Below are positions 10,249 through 22,085 of a stretch of 32,000 bases of DNA, piece after piece. How positions within the stretch are numbered: the first letter of the stretch is position 1; every line of letters starts with the position of its first letter. This stretch comes from Mycobacterium tuberculosis H37Rv (GTDB lineage: Bacteria; Actinomycetota; Actinomycetes; Mycobacteriales; Mycobacteriaceae), in NCBI RefSeq assembly GCF_000195955.2, contig NC_000962.3, positions 2,640,001 through 2,672,000 of the forward strand. Direction: 5' to 3'. The position numbers were made by a program, and so were the translations under genes. Under the pieces are notes generated by a model that saw only the letters and a list, made by a program, of their open reading frames with translations, did no database searches and had not been told where the DNA came from.

Positions 10249-11558
10249 CGCTCAAGCTGGGCCAGCCGTGAGCGTCGGCGCCCCAATGATTCGGGTGGCG
10301 GGCTAGTAATCCCTTCGACGGGGGTTTCCACGGGGTCGCTGGTCTGACTGCCGCGCCATTGGAGGGCGCTGATGGCCACGGCGACCTGGATGATCGTGTG
10401 GTCGAGGGGTCGGGGTAGGAGTCGTTGGGCGGTTTCGAGTCGGCGTAGCAGGGTGTTGCGGTGGGTGTGTAGTACGTGCGCGGCGCGGGAGGCGTTGCAT
10501 TGTTCGTTGATGTAGGTCAATACGGTGGTGAGCAGTTGAGGGCTGGCCGATTCGAGGTCCCCGAGGGTGCTGGTGATGAAATCGGCTGCGCTGTCCGGGT
10601 TTTCGGTGAGTACCGCGATCATGTGGATGTCGGCGAAGAAAGCCAGGCGCTGTTGGGATCGAAGCCGGGCCAGCATGCGTTGGGTGGCCAGGGCGTCGCG
10701 GTGGCTGCGCCGAAACCCGTCGATTCCTCGTGCGGTGGTCCCGACCGCGATGCGGGCATGTGGTGCGTGGTCGAGCACCTGGTGGATTCGGTCGGTGTCG
10801 AGGGTTGCCGCGTCGCTGACCCATACCCAGCGGGTGGCCGCGCTGGCGACCGCGATCAGGGGCTGTGGGCATCCCAGTGCGCGGCCGAACGCGCGTGCGG
10901 TGTGGTCGAGGTGGTTTTGGTTGTCGTCGGGATCGTCATACCAGATGATGGCGGCGGTGTGGGATCGGTCTAGGGGGTAGCCCAGTTTGGCTTCGGCGCT
11001 TTGGCGGCTGATGGGGGCGCCGTCGAGGATCAGTTCGACGATGCGGCGGTGTTCGGCGTGGACGTCGCGGGTCAGTTCGTCGTATTCGAGCTGCATTTGT
11101 GCGGCCAGGCCGGCCAGGGTGGCGTCGATGAATTCGGAGGCCGAGCGAAACGGCAGGGTGAGCAGTTCGTGCAGTTCTTGGGGGTCGGTGGTGAGTCCGA
11201 ACGCGATTTCGGTCCATCGTTGCCAGGCGACGTTTTGTCCGACGCGGTAGACGTCCAGCGCTGAGGCGTCTAGTCCGCGGCGCACCAGGTCGCGGGCCAT
11301 GCGTAGCGGGTCGGGGCCGAGGTTTGCCGGTACGGGTTGGCCGGGTTTGCGCAGGTTGGCGGTGGCGAAGTGGATCAGGTGGGAGCGGTTGGCGCGGCTG
11401 ACCACTGTTGCTAGGGCGGGGTCGGCGGCGATGGATGGGTGGGCGGCGAGGGTGGCGCGGTCGAGTTCGTCGAGCCATTCCGGGGTGGGGTGCAGGGCGA
11501 CTTTTGCTGCTTGGCGGATGAGTTCACGTCCGCGCGGTGTGGGTTTGGGCAATACCAC
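10245..11558 (-). CDS. PucR/CdaR-type transcriptional regulator (C-terminal HTH_30-like) (Rv2370c-like)
   Basis: 437 aa. The C-terminal part SPQLLTTVLTYINEQCNASRAAHVLHTHRNTLLRRLETAQRLL matches the PucR C-terminal HTH signature. Confidence 0.88.
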   Translation of the reverse strand: MVLPKPTPRGRELIRQAAKVALHPTPEWLDELDRATLAAHPSIAADPALATVVSRANRSHLIHFATANLRKPGQPVPANLGPDPLRMARDLVRRGLDASALDVYRVGQNVAWQRWTEIAFGLTTDPQELHELLTLPFRSASEFIDATLAGLAAQMQLEYDELTRDVHAEHRRIVELILDGAPISRQSAEAKLGYPLDRSHTAAIIWYDDPDDNQNHLDHTARAFGRALGCPQPLIAVASAATRWVWVSDAATLDTDRIHQVLDHAPHARIAVGTTARGIDGFRRSHRDALATQRMLARLRSQQRLAFFADIHMIAVLTENPDSAADFITSTLGDLESASPQLLTTVLTYINEQCNASRAAHVLHTHRNTLLRRLETAQRLLPRPLDHTIIQVAVAISALQWRGSQTSDPVETPVEGITSPPPESLGRRRSRLAQLER

Positions 11559-11752
11559 GAGATGAGACTAGTTGCCTAGGTGCGTTGTGCACCACGTTCT
11601 GGGGAATGTTGGTGAGGTTTACTCCTTCAGCCGTGGTGGACGTTTAGCCGGTGTGGCGCGTTCGGGATTATTGGGATGAACGGTTACCCACCGCGGCGGC
11701 AGCGGGCCGTGCGCCTGCCGAGTCGTCGACATTTAGCGTTCAGGAGGTCTCG

Positions 11753-11938
11753 ATGTCGTTGGTCAGCGTGGCCCCGGAGTTGGTGGTGACGGCGGTACCG
11801 GATGTGGCGCGCATCGGGTCGTCGATCGGTGCGCCCGACACCGCGGCGGCGGCGAGACCGACCACCAGCGTGCTGGCCGCCGGCGCCGATGAGGTGTCGG
11901 CGGACGTCGTGGCGCTCTTTGGCTGGGTCGCCCGTTGA
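11753..11938 (+). pseudogene. PE_PGRS40: Truncated PE-family protein (PE_PGRS40-like, 61 aa)
   Basis: [61 protein letters not shown] is a PE N-terminus that stops before the usual end of the PE domain. A strong Shine-Dalgarno CAGGAGG lies at about 11741-11747. Confidence 0.85.
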
Positions 11939-12036
11939 TGGTGATGGGGCCGCTGGGGCGCCCGAGACCGGGCAACGGCGGGGCCGGCGGCTCGGGTGCG
12001 CCCGGCCAAGCCGGCGAGTGGGATTCTGACGACCGG

Positions 12037-12825
12037 CTACCGGCGTGTCACGTCGCAGTATTCACAGTCGCTCGCTGATGCATCCCAACGAGATGTGAGC
12101 ACACCGACAGCACCCAATGCCACCGCGGCCGCGGTCGATGTCCGCAGCACCGTCGGGCCCAGCCGGACCGCGACGGCGCCGGCATCGGTCAGCGCGGCAA
12201 GCTCGTCCGGTGCGATCCCACCCTCGGGTCCAACCACGAGCATCAACGAACCAGCTTGCGCCGCAGCGATATCCACAATCCGCTCGGTCGCCTCCTCGTG
12301 CAGGACCAGCACCGCCGCGCCGGCGGCCACCTCTTCTCGGACACGCTGTACAAGCATTGGCGTCGACAACACGCCGTCGACCGGCGGGATGCGCGCCCGA
12401 CGAGATTGCCGGGCCGCCGAGCGGACCACCGCTCGCCACCGACGCAAACCCTTGTCGACACGCGCCCCGTCCCAGTTCGCCACGCAGCGCGCCGCCTGCC
12501 ATGCCAGGAACGCGTCGGCTCCGGCTTCGGTGGCCAGCTCGATTGCCAATTCGGAGCGTTCGGATTTGGGCAGCGCCTGCACCACGGTCACCGGTGGCCG
12601 CACGGGCGGGACGCTCCAGCGCCTAAGCACCCGGGCCCGCAGCCCGCCACGTCCGGCCTGCTCCACCACACAGCGGGCCAGGCGACCGACACCGTCACCA
12701 AGCACCAACTGCTCGCCGGGACGGATCCGCCGCACGGTGGCGGCGTGAAATCCTTCGTCGCCGTCTACGACCGCCACCGCACCGGTGTCGGGCAGTGTGT
12801 CGACGTAAAACAGCATCGCCACCAT
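12037..12825 (-). CDS. rsmE: 16S rRNA m3U1498 methyltransferase RsmE (Rv2372c-like)
   Basis: 262 aa. SPOUT-family signature [19 protein letters not shown]...[21 protein letters not shown]. Confidence 0.92.
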
Positions 12826-12838
12826 GTGCGGGCCGTGA

Positions 12839-13987
12839 TTAGCGCCCGGTGAAGGTCTCGCGCAACCGGCTGAACAGTCCGCCGGCGGCGGCGTGGGTCG
12901 AACGGACCTCGGCCACCTCGCGGTCGCGGCGACCCTTCAGCTCGCGCAGCAGTTCGATGTCCTGGTGATCCAGCCGGGTCGGGACCACCACCTCCACGTG
13001 AACGTGCAGGTCGCCACGCGTGTTGGAACGCAGGTGCGGCATTCCTCGACCGCGCAGCGTGATCACCGAACCTGGCTGCGTGCCGGGTGGAATGGTGATC
13101 TCGCTCAGGCCGTCCAGGATGGCGTCCACCGTGACCGTAACACCCAGCGCCGCGTCGACCATGGGCACCGAAACCGTGCAATGCAGATGGTCACCTTCGC
13201 GGACAAAGACGTCGTGCGCCTGCTCATGGACCTCGACGTAGAGGTCACCCGCCGGCCCTCCCCCGGGCCCGACCTCGCCCTGAGCGGCGAGCCGAACTCG
13301 CATCCCGTCGCCGACACCGGCCGGGATCTTGACGCTGATCTCCCGACGGGCCCGGATCCGGCCATCGCCCATGCATTGCTGGCACGGGTCGGGGATAACC
13401 ACCCCGACGCCGCGGCAGGTGGGACACGGCCGCGACGTCAACATCTGACCCAACAGCGATCGCTGCACGGTCTGCACCTCCCCGCGGCCACCGCAGGTGT
13501 CGCAGGGTATCGGAACCGAATCGCCGTTGGTGCCCTTGCCCTGGCACCGGTCGCACAACACCGCGGTATCGACGGTGACCTGCTTGGTGACACCTGTTGC
13601 GCACTCTTCGAGATCCAGCCGCATTCGTAGCAGCGAGTCCGAACCCGGCCGGACCCGGCCGATCGGCCCTCGGGACGCCGCGCCCCCACCGAAACCCCCG
13701 CCAAAGAACGCCTCGAACACGTCGCCGAGGCCGCCGAAGCCACCGAACCCATTGCCGCCCGCAGCGGCGCTCTCCAGCGGATCCCCGCCCAGGTCGACGA
13801 TGCGACGTTTGTCCGGGTCACTGAGCACCTCGTAGGCGACGCTGATTTCTTTGAATTTCGCCTGCGCAGCCTCGTCCGGGTTGACGTCGGGATGCAGCTC
13901 GCGCGCCAGCTTGCGGTAGGCGCGTTTGATGTCCGCGTCGCTGGCGTTCTTGCTCACGCCGAGCAGCCCGTAATAATCGCGTGCCAC
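12839..13987 (-). CDS. dnaJ2: Chaperone protein DnaJ (second paralog)
   Basis: 382 aa, GTG start. J domain [37 protein letters not shown] and four zinc-finger repeats [32 protein letters not shown]. Confidence 0.96.
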
Positions 13988-14061
13988 GCTTGATTCTCCT
14001 ATGCCGCGTCTTTATGCCGCTTCTCAAGCGGCTATCCACAAACCCTGCAGCAGGTGCGCGT

Positions 14062-15105
<1,044 letters not shown>

Positions 15106-15264
15106 TCACTTCTTACGCTGCCTGACCGGCTTCATTTTACGTTCTCGGCGGCCACTGACCGTCATCTAGCAGGCGTCTGCCGATGGTCAGGGGGCGTGTG
15201 CCCCGACTAACGTGTCCAGCATGATCTCGTCGGGCTTCAGCCACTCGGTAGGGAAGATCCGCCA

Positions 15265-15582
15265 ATGATCTTCAAAGGGGTGCGGGAAGGCAAGCCGTAT
15301 CCCGAGCATGGACTGTCCTATAGGGACTGGTCTCAGATACCGCCGCAACAGATCCGGCTCGACGAGTTGGTCACCACGACTACGGTGCTCGCGCTGGACC
15401 GCCTGCTGTCAGAGGACTCCACGTTTTACGGTGACCTTTTCCCCCACGCGGTGAAGTGGCGAGGCACCACCTATCTCGAGGACGGCTTGCACCGGGCGGT
15501 GCGTGCGGCCCTGCGCAACCGCACCGTGCTACACGCGCGAGTGTTCGACATGGACGCGTCACCAGGCGGGCGGCGTAGCTGA
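15265..15582 (+). CDS. Conserved hypothetical protein (Rv2375-like)
   Basis: 105 aa ORF, the only plus-strand gene between hrcA and cfp2. Non-biased composition: MIFKGVREGKPYPEHGLSYRDWSQIPPQQIRLDELVTTTTVLALDRLL...TYLEDGLHRAVRAALRNRTVLHARVFDMD. Confidence 0.75.
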   Translation: MIFKGVREGKPYPEHGLSYRDWSQIPPQQIRLDELVTTTTVLALDRLLSEDSTFYGDLFPHAVKWRGTTYLEDGLHRAVRAALRNRTVLHARVFDMDASPGGRRS

Positions 15583-15608
15583 ACAGCGGGCTGAAGCCGG
15601 CCCGCCAA

Positions 15609-16115
15609 TCAGTTCCCTGCGGCCTGCAGCAACTCCATCGCCGATGCGCGTGACAGCATCCAGCCGCCTTGATTCACGAACGTGACGTTCTGCGTGACCG
15701 GCGACGAGAGCTTCGGACCCGAGACGGAAACGTCGGCGGTGGCCGAACCGGCGGCCGCCGGCTGGATGTTCGTCACGCTGAACGACAGCGGCAGATCCCC
15801 GTGCTCGGCGGCCTTCTTCAGCTTGTGGTCGGCGATGCGCGCCTCGGTGCCCCCGATGCCGCCCTCGACCAGACTGCCCTTGTTCGCAAACGACACGTTG
15901 GGATCGGCGAGGCTGTTGAGCAGGCTGGTCAACTGGGCGGCGGTCGGGACGTCAGGGGCGGATGCCGGGTCCAACGGCAGTGGCGCGCCGAAGACGACCG
16001 GCTGCATCTGGTATACGACCGGGCCGCCAGCCATGATCGAAGTCACACCGGCCGCAGCGGCGCCGATTGCAGCCGCGGCGGTCAGACCTGCGGCGATCGA
16101 TTTCACCATCTTCAT
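15609..16115 (-). CDS. cfp2: Secreted low-molecular-weight antigen CFP-2 / Mtb12
   Basis: 168 aa from ATG 16115: signal peptide [26 protein letters not shown], then the mature part [42 protein letters not shown]. The track start at 16187 precedes an unlikely non-signal extension. Confidence 0.93.
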
Positions 16116-16214
16116 GGTTGTGTTCTTCCGTTCGTTTGCCCGTCGATTGTGCGTTTGGTTCAAACTACCGGTGCACGCGCCGGGCAAGTCTGTGTCGTAG
16201 CTGTGAGCGAGCGG

Positions 16215-16430
16215 TCAGTCCTCGACCATGGCGTCACGCAGGCTCTTCGGCCGCAGATCGGTCCAGTTCTTTTCCACGTAGTCCAGGCAGGCGGCACGGC
16301 TGGCTTCGCCGTGCACCACGCGCCAGCCGGCCGGGATATCGGCGAACACCGGCCACAGGCTGTGCTGGTCTTCGTCGTTGACCAGCACGAAGAATGCGCC
16401 GTTGTCGTCATCGAAAGGATTGGTGCTCAC
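16215..16430 (-). CDS. mbtH: MbtH, NRPS adenylation-domain partner
   Basis: 71 aa, GTG start: [64 protein letters not shown], MbtH-family signature. Confidence 0.97.
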   Translation of the reverse strand: MSTNPFDDDNGAFFVLVNDEDQHSLWPVFADIPAGWRVVHGEASRAACLDYVEKNWTDLRPKSLRDAMVED

Positions 16431-17703
16431 CGCTTCTCCTTGTGTCGTTGTGTTTGGTCGGCGTAAAGATGCCGGCGCCGAGCACCCGGTCCGACAACAA
16501 GCCGAGGCAGCTCAGGTTGGGGAACCCGGGCCCCTGGGTGAGTCCGGACAGGGTGGGCAGGAACAGCTTGGGCGTGACGTCGGTGACTGCCAAGTCGTAG
16601 CCGATCGCTTCCTGCAGGCGGTCGGCGGTCAGCGGTCCACCCAGTCCCAGCTCGAGCAGGTCGAGGGTGTGCTGACTGAACAGTGAGGTGAACCACAGCG
16701 GATCGGCGCCCGAGCCGTCGATGACGAGATCGAATCCGTGCACGGTCTCGAAGTTCTCGCTGCCCCGGTTGGTGCTCAGCGTCAACCGGATCTGCCCCTG
16801 ACGGCCCACCGCGTGGGCGACCCGGCCACGCAGATGATGGATGCGGTCATCGGCCAGCAGCGCTTCCTGCACGGTCGCCGAGAACACTCCTCGGTCGGTG
16901 CGGGCCAGCGCGTCGCGCCGTTCGTCGAACGTCAAGGCCGCCCAGTCGGTCGGATCGGAAAACAGTGAGTTCTCGAAGAATCCCTCGCCGCGGGTGAACA
17001 GGGTTACCTGCGGGGAGATGACGGTGATGGTTGAGACCCGATGCCGGAACAGCTCGTTGAGCATCGATGCGGCCGTCTCTCCGCCACCGATCACCGCGAC
17101 CCGCTCGGCGTTGATCCGGTCGTGGCCGGCGGCACGGTCCCAGAACTGTGCGATTGAGAGCACGCGCGGGTTTCCGGGCAGTAGCGACTTTTCAGCCTGG
17201 CCGGGCCCGGTGATCATCAACGCGTCGGCCTGCACGGTGGTCTCGTGGGTGCACAACGCCCAGCGGTCACCGGTGACGGCGAGCCGTTCGACCTCGCCGT
17301 GGATCACCTTGAGGCCAATGTGATCGGCCACCCAGGCTAGGTACTGACTCCACCTGCGATGGGTGGGCGCCGGGCGGCCCCGGTCGATCCATTCCGCGAA
17401 CGACGCGGTGGCGATCAGATACGACTGCCAGCTGTAGCGGGTCATCCGCTCGTCCAATTCTGCGTTGCGCCGTGGCACCAGCGCCGACCGGTAGGGAAAA
17501 CCGACATCCTTTTCTGGGCTGGTGCCCAGCCGGTGGGCTCCGTCGGTCCAGCCACCGCTGGCCTGCCAGTTGGCCCCGACCCCGATGCGTTCGACGGCGA
17601 TCACGTCGGGCACGTCGACCCCCATGTCACGCAGCACGGATGCCTTGGCCGCGACCGCCACCGCCTTGGCTCCAGCGCCCAGGACCGCGAGCGTCGGATT
17701 CAT
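16408..17703 (-). CDS. mbtG: Lysine N6-hydroxylase MbtG (mycobactin biosynthesis)
   Basis: 431 aa from ATG 17703 ([21 protein letters not shown]...[18 protein letters not shown]). This ATG overlaps the mbtF stop as ATGA. The track start at 17790 is an upstream in-frame extension into mbtF. Confidence 0.95.
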   Translation of the reverse strand: MNPTLAVLGAGAKAVAVAAKASVLRDMGVDVPDVIAVERIGVGANWQASGGWTDGAHRLGTSPEKDVGFPYRSALVPRRNAELDERMTRYSWQSYLIATASFAEWIDRGRPAPTHRRWSQYLAWVADHIGLKVIHGEVERLAVTGDRWALCTHETTVQADALMITGPGQAEKSLLPGNPRVLSIAQFWDRAAGHDRINAERVAVIGGGETAASMLNELFRHRVSTITVISPQVTLFTRGEGFFENSLFSDPTDWAALTFDERRDALARTDRGVFSATVQEALLADDRIHHLRGRVAHAVGRQGQIRLTLSTNRGSENFETVHGFDLVIDGSGADPLWFTSLFSQHTLDLLELGLGGPLTADRLQEAIGYDLAVTDVTPKLFLPTLSGLTQGPGFPNLSCLGLLSDRVLGAGIFTPTKHNDTRRSGEHQSFR

Positions 17704-20700
17704 GCTGTTATCTCCGCCAGCGCGCCCTGCCACAGTGATTGCAGCGTGGCGACGTCGTCGGCGGACAGGATGTCGGGCAGCGTGCGCCACCGCGTGGCTA
17801 GCACGGGAGCGTCGGCGGGCCCGAGGAGCGCCGCCAGCACCGTCAGTTCGTGGCGCACCGGCTGTTCGGGTTCAGGCAGTTGCCCCACATCAGCCAGTAG
17901 TGCGCGGTCGACCGCCAGATCTCCCACCCCGACGTGCAGGCTACCCAGATAGTTCAGCAGCAGCTGGGGTTCGCGGTGGGCGCGTAGTCGCTCCGCGGTA
18001 TCGGCGCGCAGGTACCGCAGCAGGCCGTAATCGATGCCGCTGCCGGGTATCCGCGCGAAGTCGGTCGCGCCGTCGCAGTGGATGCGCAGCGGATAGATCG
18101 CGCTGAGCAGCCCGACCGTGTCGCTGGTGTCGGCAGTCTTATCGACGTGGACGTCCGCGCGGCCATGCGTCTCCAACGCCAACAGCGGTGCTGGTGTTTG
18201 TTGACCGCGTTGCCGGCGCCAGGCGGTCACCATCCGCGCAGCGGCGGTAGCCAGCAGATCGGTCATCGACCGTCCCGTCGAAAGCAGCCGCGCGGTCAGA
18301 TCGGCGTCGGAGATCGACATGGTGATCGCTAGCTCACCAACCCGGTCGGTCTGCGGCGCCACCCTGCGGGCACCCAACGGCGGATCGGCGCCCTCGAGTT
18401 CGGCGACCCAGAAATCAACGCTATCCAGCGCCTTAGCCCGCTGCGCCAGCAGCCGCGACCACTGCCGGTAGCTGGTGTTCTCGCGCGCTGGGCTGGGCGC
18501 GCGCCCGGCCGCCAGCGCGTGCAGGCCGGCGTCGAGTTCACCCAGCACAATCCGCCAGGAGGCTGGGTCCATCGCCAGCACATGGGCGGTCAGCACCAGA
18601 ACACCGGGCCCGTCGGGTTCGCGCAGCCACACCGCCGAGAGCAGTCGGCCGGCCTGGGGGTCGAGACTCGCCAGCGCGCCAAGAGTCTGCTCGGCCACCG
18701 CGGTGACCAGTTCACCGCTGACCCAAACCTCGCTGAGAATGTCCGTTTTCGGTTGTGCGACAAGGGCCATCGCATCCCGGTCGAACCGGCACCGCAACAC
18801 CTCGTGTCCGTCGACGACCGCGGCCAACACGGCATCCAGGCGTTCGCGGGTGATCCGGTCGGGCAACCTGATGACCTCGGTTTGTGCCAGCCGGCGCGGG
18901 TCGCCGTACTCGTAGAGCCAATGAGTGTTGGGTAGCACCGGGATCGGCTCGCCGGCATCGTTGGCCGGTGCCTGCCATGCGGCATCGGAGTCAATGGCCG
19001 CCGCGAGTTCACGGATGGTGTCGCACTCCACCATCAGCCTGGCCCGCAACGCAATCCCACGACGGCGCGCGGCCTGCACCACCGACAGCGCCACGATGCT
19101 GTCTAGACCCATCTGCAAAAAGCCCGCGGTGACATCGACGTTCGAGGTTTCCATGACATCGGCGAACGCCTCGGCCAGCACCAGCTCGGTCGGTGTCTGC
19201 GGCGGAGTTGCCGGTCCTTCGGTGACATTGATTGCCGCCAAAGCGTTTTCGTCGATCTTGCCGTGTGGAGTCAGCGGTAACTCGTCGAGGACGACGATAT
19301 GGTGCGGGACTAGATAACGCGGCAACCGCTCTAGCAGCATCGCCCGCAATTCGGCCACCGGTGGCGGTTGTGGTCCGCCTGCCACATACGCCGTCAGCCG
19401 GGGGCCACTGGCATGGCCGCGGGCCGTCACATGGCAACCGTGCACCGCATGGTGGCCGTTGAGCACCGCGGCAATCTCACCCGGCTCGACGCGGAAACCG
19501 CGGATCTTCACCTGGTCATCGCTGCGCCCGAGGAACTCCAGTCCACCGTCGGGCAGGCGGCGCACCACATCTCCGGTGCGGTACATTCGGCTACCGCGCC
19601 CGTTTGGCTCAGCGACAAAGCGCGCCGCAGTCTCGGCCGGGCGGCCGAGGTAACCGCGGGTCAACTGGGCGCCCGCCAGATACAGCTCGCCGGCGACGCC
19701 ATCGGGCACCGGCCGCAGCCAGGAGTCCATGACGTAGGCGCGGGTGGTGCAGGTCGGACGTCCGATGACCGGTCGCGCATGCTCAGCAACGGCGGCGACC
19801 ACGGCTTCGACCGTGGTCTCGGTAGGCCCGTAGCAGTTGAAGGCCGTCATGGCCGTGCGCGCGCAGTTCTGCTGGATCATCCGCCACGTCGCGGCGCCCA
19901 AGGCTTCGCCGCCGAGCGCAAGCACCGCCAACGGCGCCCGGTCGAGCAGTCCAGCGTTGTGCAGCTGGGCGAACATCGACGGCGTGGTGTCAATCATGTC
20001 CAGACCGAATCGGTCGATCGCTTCGACCAGCGCCCCTGCGTCCCGCTGACGATGGTCGTCGACAATGTGCACCGCGTGGCCGTCAAGCAGTGCGACCAAC
20101 GGCTGCCACGCCGCGTCGAAGGTGAACGACCAGGCATGCGCGATTCGCAGCGGGCGCCCGAGCCGCTGGGCCGCCGGCCGCAACACGCGCTCGATGTGGT
20201 CGTCGGCGTAGGCCGACAGCGCCCGATGGGTGCCGATGACACCTTTCGGGGTACCGGTGGTGCCGGAGGTGAAAATCACGTAGGCCGCCTGGTCCACCGG
20301 CACCGTGATGGCACGGTCCTCCTCGAGTATGTCAGCGCCAACCGAAGCGGCGAACACGCCCTCATCGATGACCACCGGAGCCGATGTCTGGCGCAAGATC
20401 TCGGCGACACGCTCACCGGGCATCGCCGGGTCCAGCGGCACGATCATGCCACCCGCCTTGAGGACCGCCAGCATGGCGGCCACGTAGCGCGGACCACGGG
20501 ACAGCGCGACGGCCACCGGGGTCTCGCGACTCACGTCCGCGCGGCGCAGCCCAGTGGCCAGCCGGTCGGCCAATGCATCCAGCTCCCGGTACGTCAGCTG
20601 ACCATCCGCCCAACTGACCGCCACCGAGTCAGGCTGTGCCGCAGCGATTTCGGCGAACCGGGTATGCACCGCGGGTGCCGACGTCGTCACATCCGGCAGG

Positions 20701-22085
20701 CCGGGTGCGGTCGGATCGTGCTCGCCGTCCAGCAGAATGTCGACGTCGCGCAGCGGCCGATCCCACCGGCTGACCAAGCGCTGTAACACAGCCAGCACCC
20801 GCCTGCCGAGGCTTTCGGGCGCCATCGTGCCCAGCGCACCGTCGAGCACCTCCACTAGCAGCGTGAGCTCACCGGTGCTGCGGTGCGCGGCGACGGTCAC
20901 CGGAAAGTGCGACAAACTCTCTAGCGCCACCGGACGGAACGTCACCCCGTTTGCGACGAACTCCGCGGTGCCCACCACCTCGCCGGGCGGGAAGTTCTCA
21001 TACACCAGTAGGGTGTCGAACATCTCACCGATACCGGCGATGGCACGAAACTCGTTGAAACCGAGATAGCTGTGGTCGCGCAACATGGCGAATTGACGTT
21101 GTAGGACAGCGCATTGCCCGCCGACGGTAGCGCGGGCGTCCAGGCGGACCCGCAGTGGCACCGTATTGATGAACAGGCCGATCATCGTTTCCACGCCGGA
21201 CAGTTCGCTGGGCCTGCCGGACACCGTCACACCGAACGTCACATCGCCACGACCGGTGAATGCTGAAAGCGTGGTAGCCCAAGCCATTTGAACAAGTGTG
21301 CTGATCGTGACGCCACGGGTGCGGGCGGCATCGGCCAGCTCCGCGGTGGCTTCACGGTCAAGGCGCACTTCGGTGCGTCCCGGAATACCCGGCTGCACAG
21401 GAGTGTCGGCGAGTGCCGGCGATAACAGAGTCGGGCCGTCCAGGCCATTGAGGTGGTCCGCCCACATTGCGCGGCTAGCCGTCTGATCGCGGCCGGCCAG
21501 CCAGCCGATGTAGTCGCGATACGGCCGCGGCGCTGCCGGCAACGCGGCGACGTGACCACCAGCCCGATACAAGGCGAGCAGCTCGGAGACGAACAGCGGC
21601 AACGACCATCCGTCGATGACGATGTGGTGCGCGACGATGACCAGATGCCAACATTCGTCCGGTAGTTCGATGAGCAGGAACCGGATGAGTGGTCCGCGGC
21701 CGACGTCGAAGCGGCGCCGGCGCTCTTCGGCTGCCAGCGCCCCGACCTCACTGGGGTGGGCGCGCACGTGACGCCAAAGCACCTCGGCACTGGATGGTAT
21801 TACCTGCACGGGCCGGCTCAGGTTCCCGTGTAGGAAGCTCGCCCGCAGGTTGGGGTGCCGGGTCAGCATCGCGGCAGCGCAGTCGCGAAGCAAGGCGATG
21901 TCGAGCGGGCCGGCCGCGTCGGCCGCCATCGCGATCACATACGGGTCGGCCTCTGCGGCCTCAGAGCCGGACTCCGCGGCGACCAGTGTCGCCCTAGAAA
22001 ACAGTCCCTGTTGCAATGGGCTGAGCGCCATCACATCGTCGATGGCGCCCCGCGCGTCGGCTCGCGTCACGGCCACTGGTCCCAT
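17700..22085 (-). CDS. mbtF: NRPS MbtF: condensation, adenylation, PCP, then C-terminal epimerization/condensation-like domain
   Basis: 1461 aa. C domain HHIVIDGWS; A domain [22 protein letters not shown] and [37 protein letters not shown]; [17 protein letters not shown]; a C-terminal E-like domain. Confidence 0.96.
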   Translation of the reverse strand: MGPVAVTRADARGAIDDVMALSPLQQGLFSRATLVAAESGSEAAEADPYVIAMAADAAGPLDIALLRDCAAAMLTRHPNLRASFLHGNLSRPVQVIPSSAEVLWRHVRAHPSEVGALAAEERRRRFDVGRGPLIRFLLIELPDECWHLVIVAHHIVIDGWSLPLFVSELLALYRAGGHVAALPAAPRPYRDYIGWLAGRDQTASRAMWADHLNGLDGPTLLSPALADTPVQPGIPGRTEVRLDREATAELADAARTRGVTISTLVQMAWATTLSAFTGRGDVTFGVTVSGRPSELSGVETMIGLFINTVPLRVRLDARATVGGQCAVLQRQFAMLRDHSYLGFNEFRAIAGIGEMFDTLLVYENFPPGEVVGTAEFVANGVTFRPVALESLSHFPVTVAAHRSTGELTLLVEVLDGALGTMAPESLGRRVLAVLQRLVSRWDRPLRDVDILLDGEHDPTAPGLPDVTTSAPAVHTRFAEIAAAQPDSVAVSWADGQLTYRELDALADRLATGLRRADVSRETPVAVALSRGPRYVAAMLAVLKAGGMIVPLDPAMPGERVAEILRQTSAPVVIDEGVFAASVGADILEEDRAITVPVDQAAYVIFTSGTTGTPKGVIGTHRALSAYADDHIERVLRPAAQRLGRPLRIAHAWSFTFDAAWQPLVALLDGHAVHIVDDHRQRDAGALVEAIDRFGLDMIDTTPSMFAQLHNAGLLDRAPLAVLALGGEALGAATWRMIQQNCARTAMTAFNCYGPTETTVEAVVAAVAEHARPVIGRPTCTTRAYVMDSWLRPVPDGVAGELYLAGAQLTRGYLGRPAETAARFVAEPNGRGSRMYRTGDVVRRLPDGGLEFLGRSDDQVKIRGFRVEPGEIAAVLNGHHAVHGCHVTARGHASGPRLTAYVAGGPQPPPVAELRAMLLERLPRYLVPHHIVVLDELPLTPHGKIDENALAAINVTEGPATPPQTPTELVLAEAFADVMETSNVDVTAGFLQMGLDSIVALSVVQAARRRGIALRARLMVECDTIRELAAAIDSDAAWQAPANDAGEPIPVLPNTHWLYEYGDPRRLAQTEVIRLPDRITRERLDAVLAAVVDGHEVLRCRFDRDAMALVAQPKTDILSEVWVSGELVTAVAEQTLGALASLDPQAGRLLSAVWLREPDGPGVLVLTAHVLAMDPASWRIVLGELDAGLHALAAGRAPSPARENTSYRQWSRLLAQRAKALDSVDFWVAELEGADPPLGARRVAPQTDRVGELAITMSISDADLTARLLSTGRSMTDLLATAAARMVTAWRRQRGQQTPAPLLALETHGRADVHVDKTADTSDTVGLLSAIYPLRIHCDGATDFARIPGSGIDYGLLRYLRADTAERLRAHREPQLLLNYLGSLHVGVGDLAVDRALLADVGQLPEPEQPVRHELTVLAALLGPADAPVLATRWRTLPDILSADDVATLQSLWQGALAEITA

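Noticed and set aside
12256-12852. 198-aa and similar plus-strand ORFs antisense to rsmE
   Set aside because: Opposite a conserved SPOUT methyltransferase, with no homology.
19368-20786. 472-aa plus-strand ORF antisense to mbtF
   Set aside because: It is the mirror frame of conserved NRPS coding sequence. The translation is R/H/Q/V-rich with no domain motif, a typical high-GC antisense ORF.
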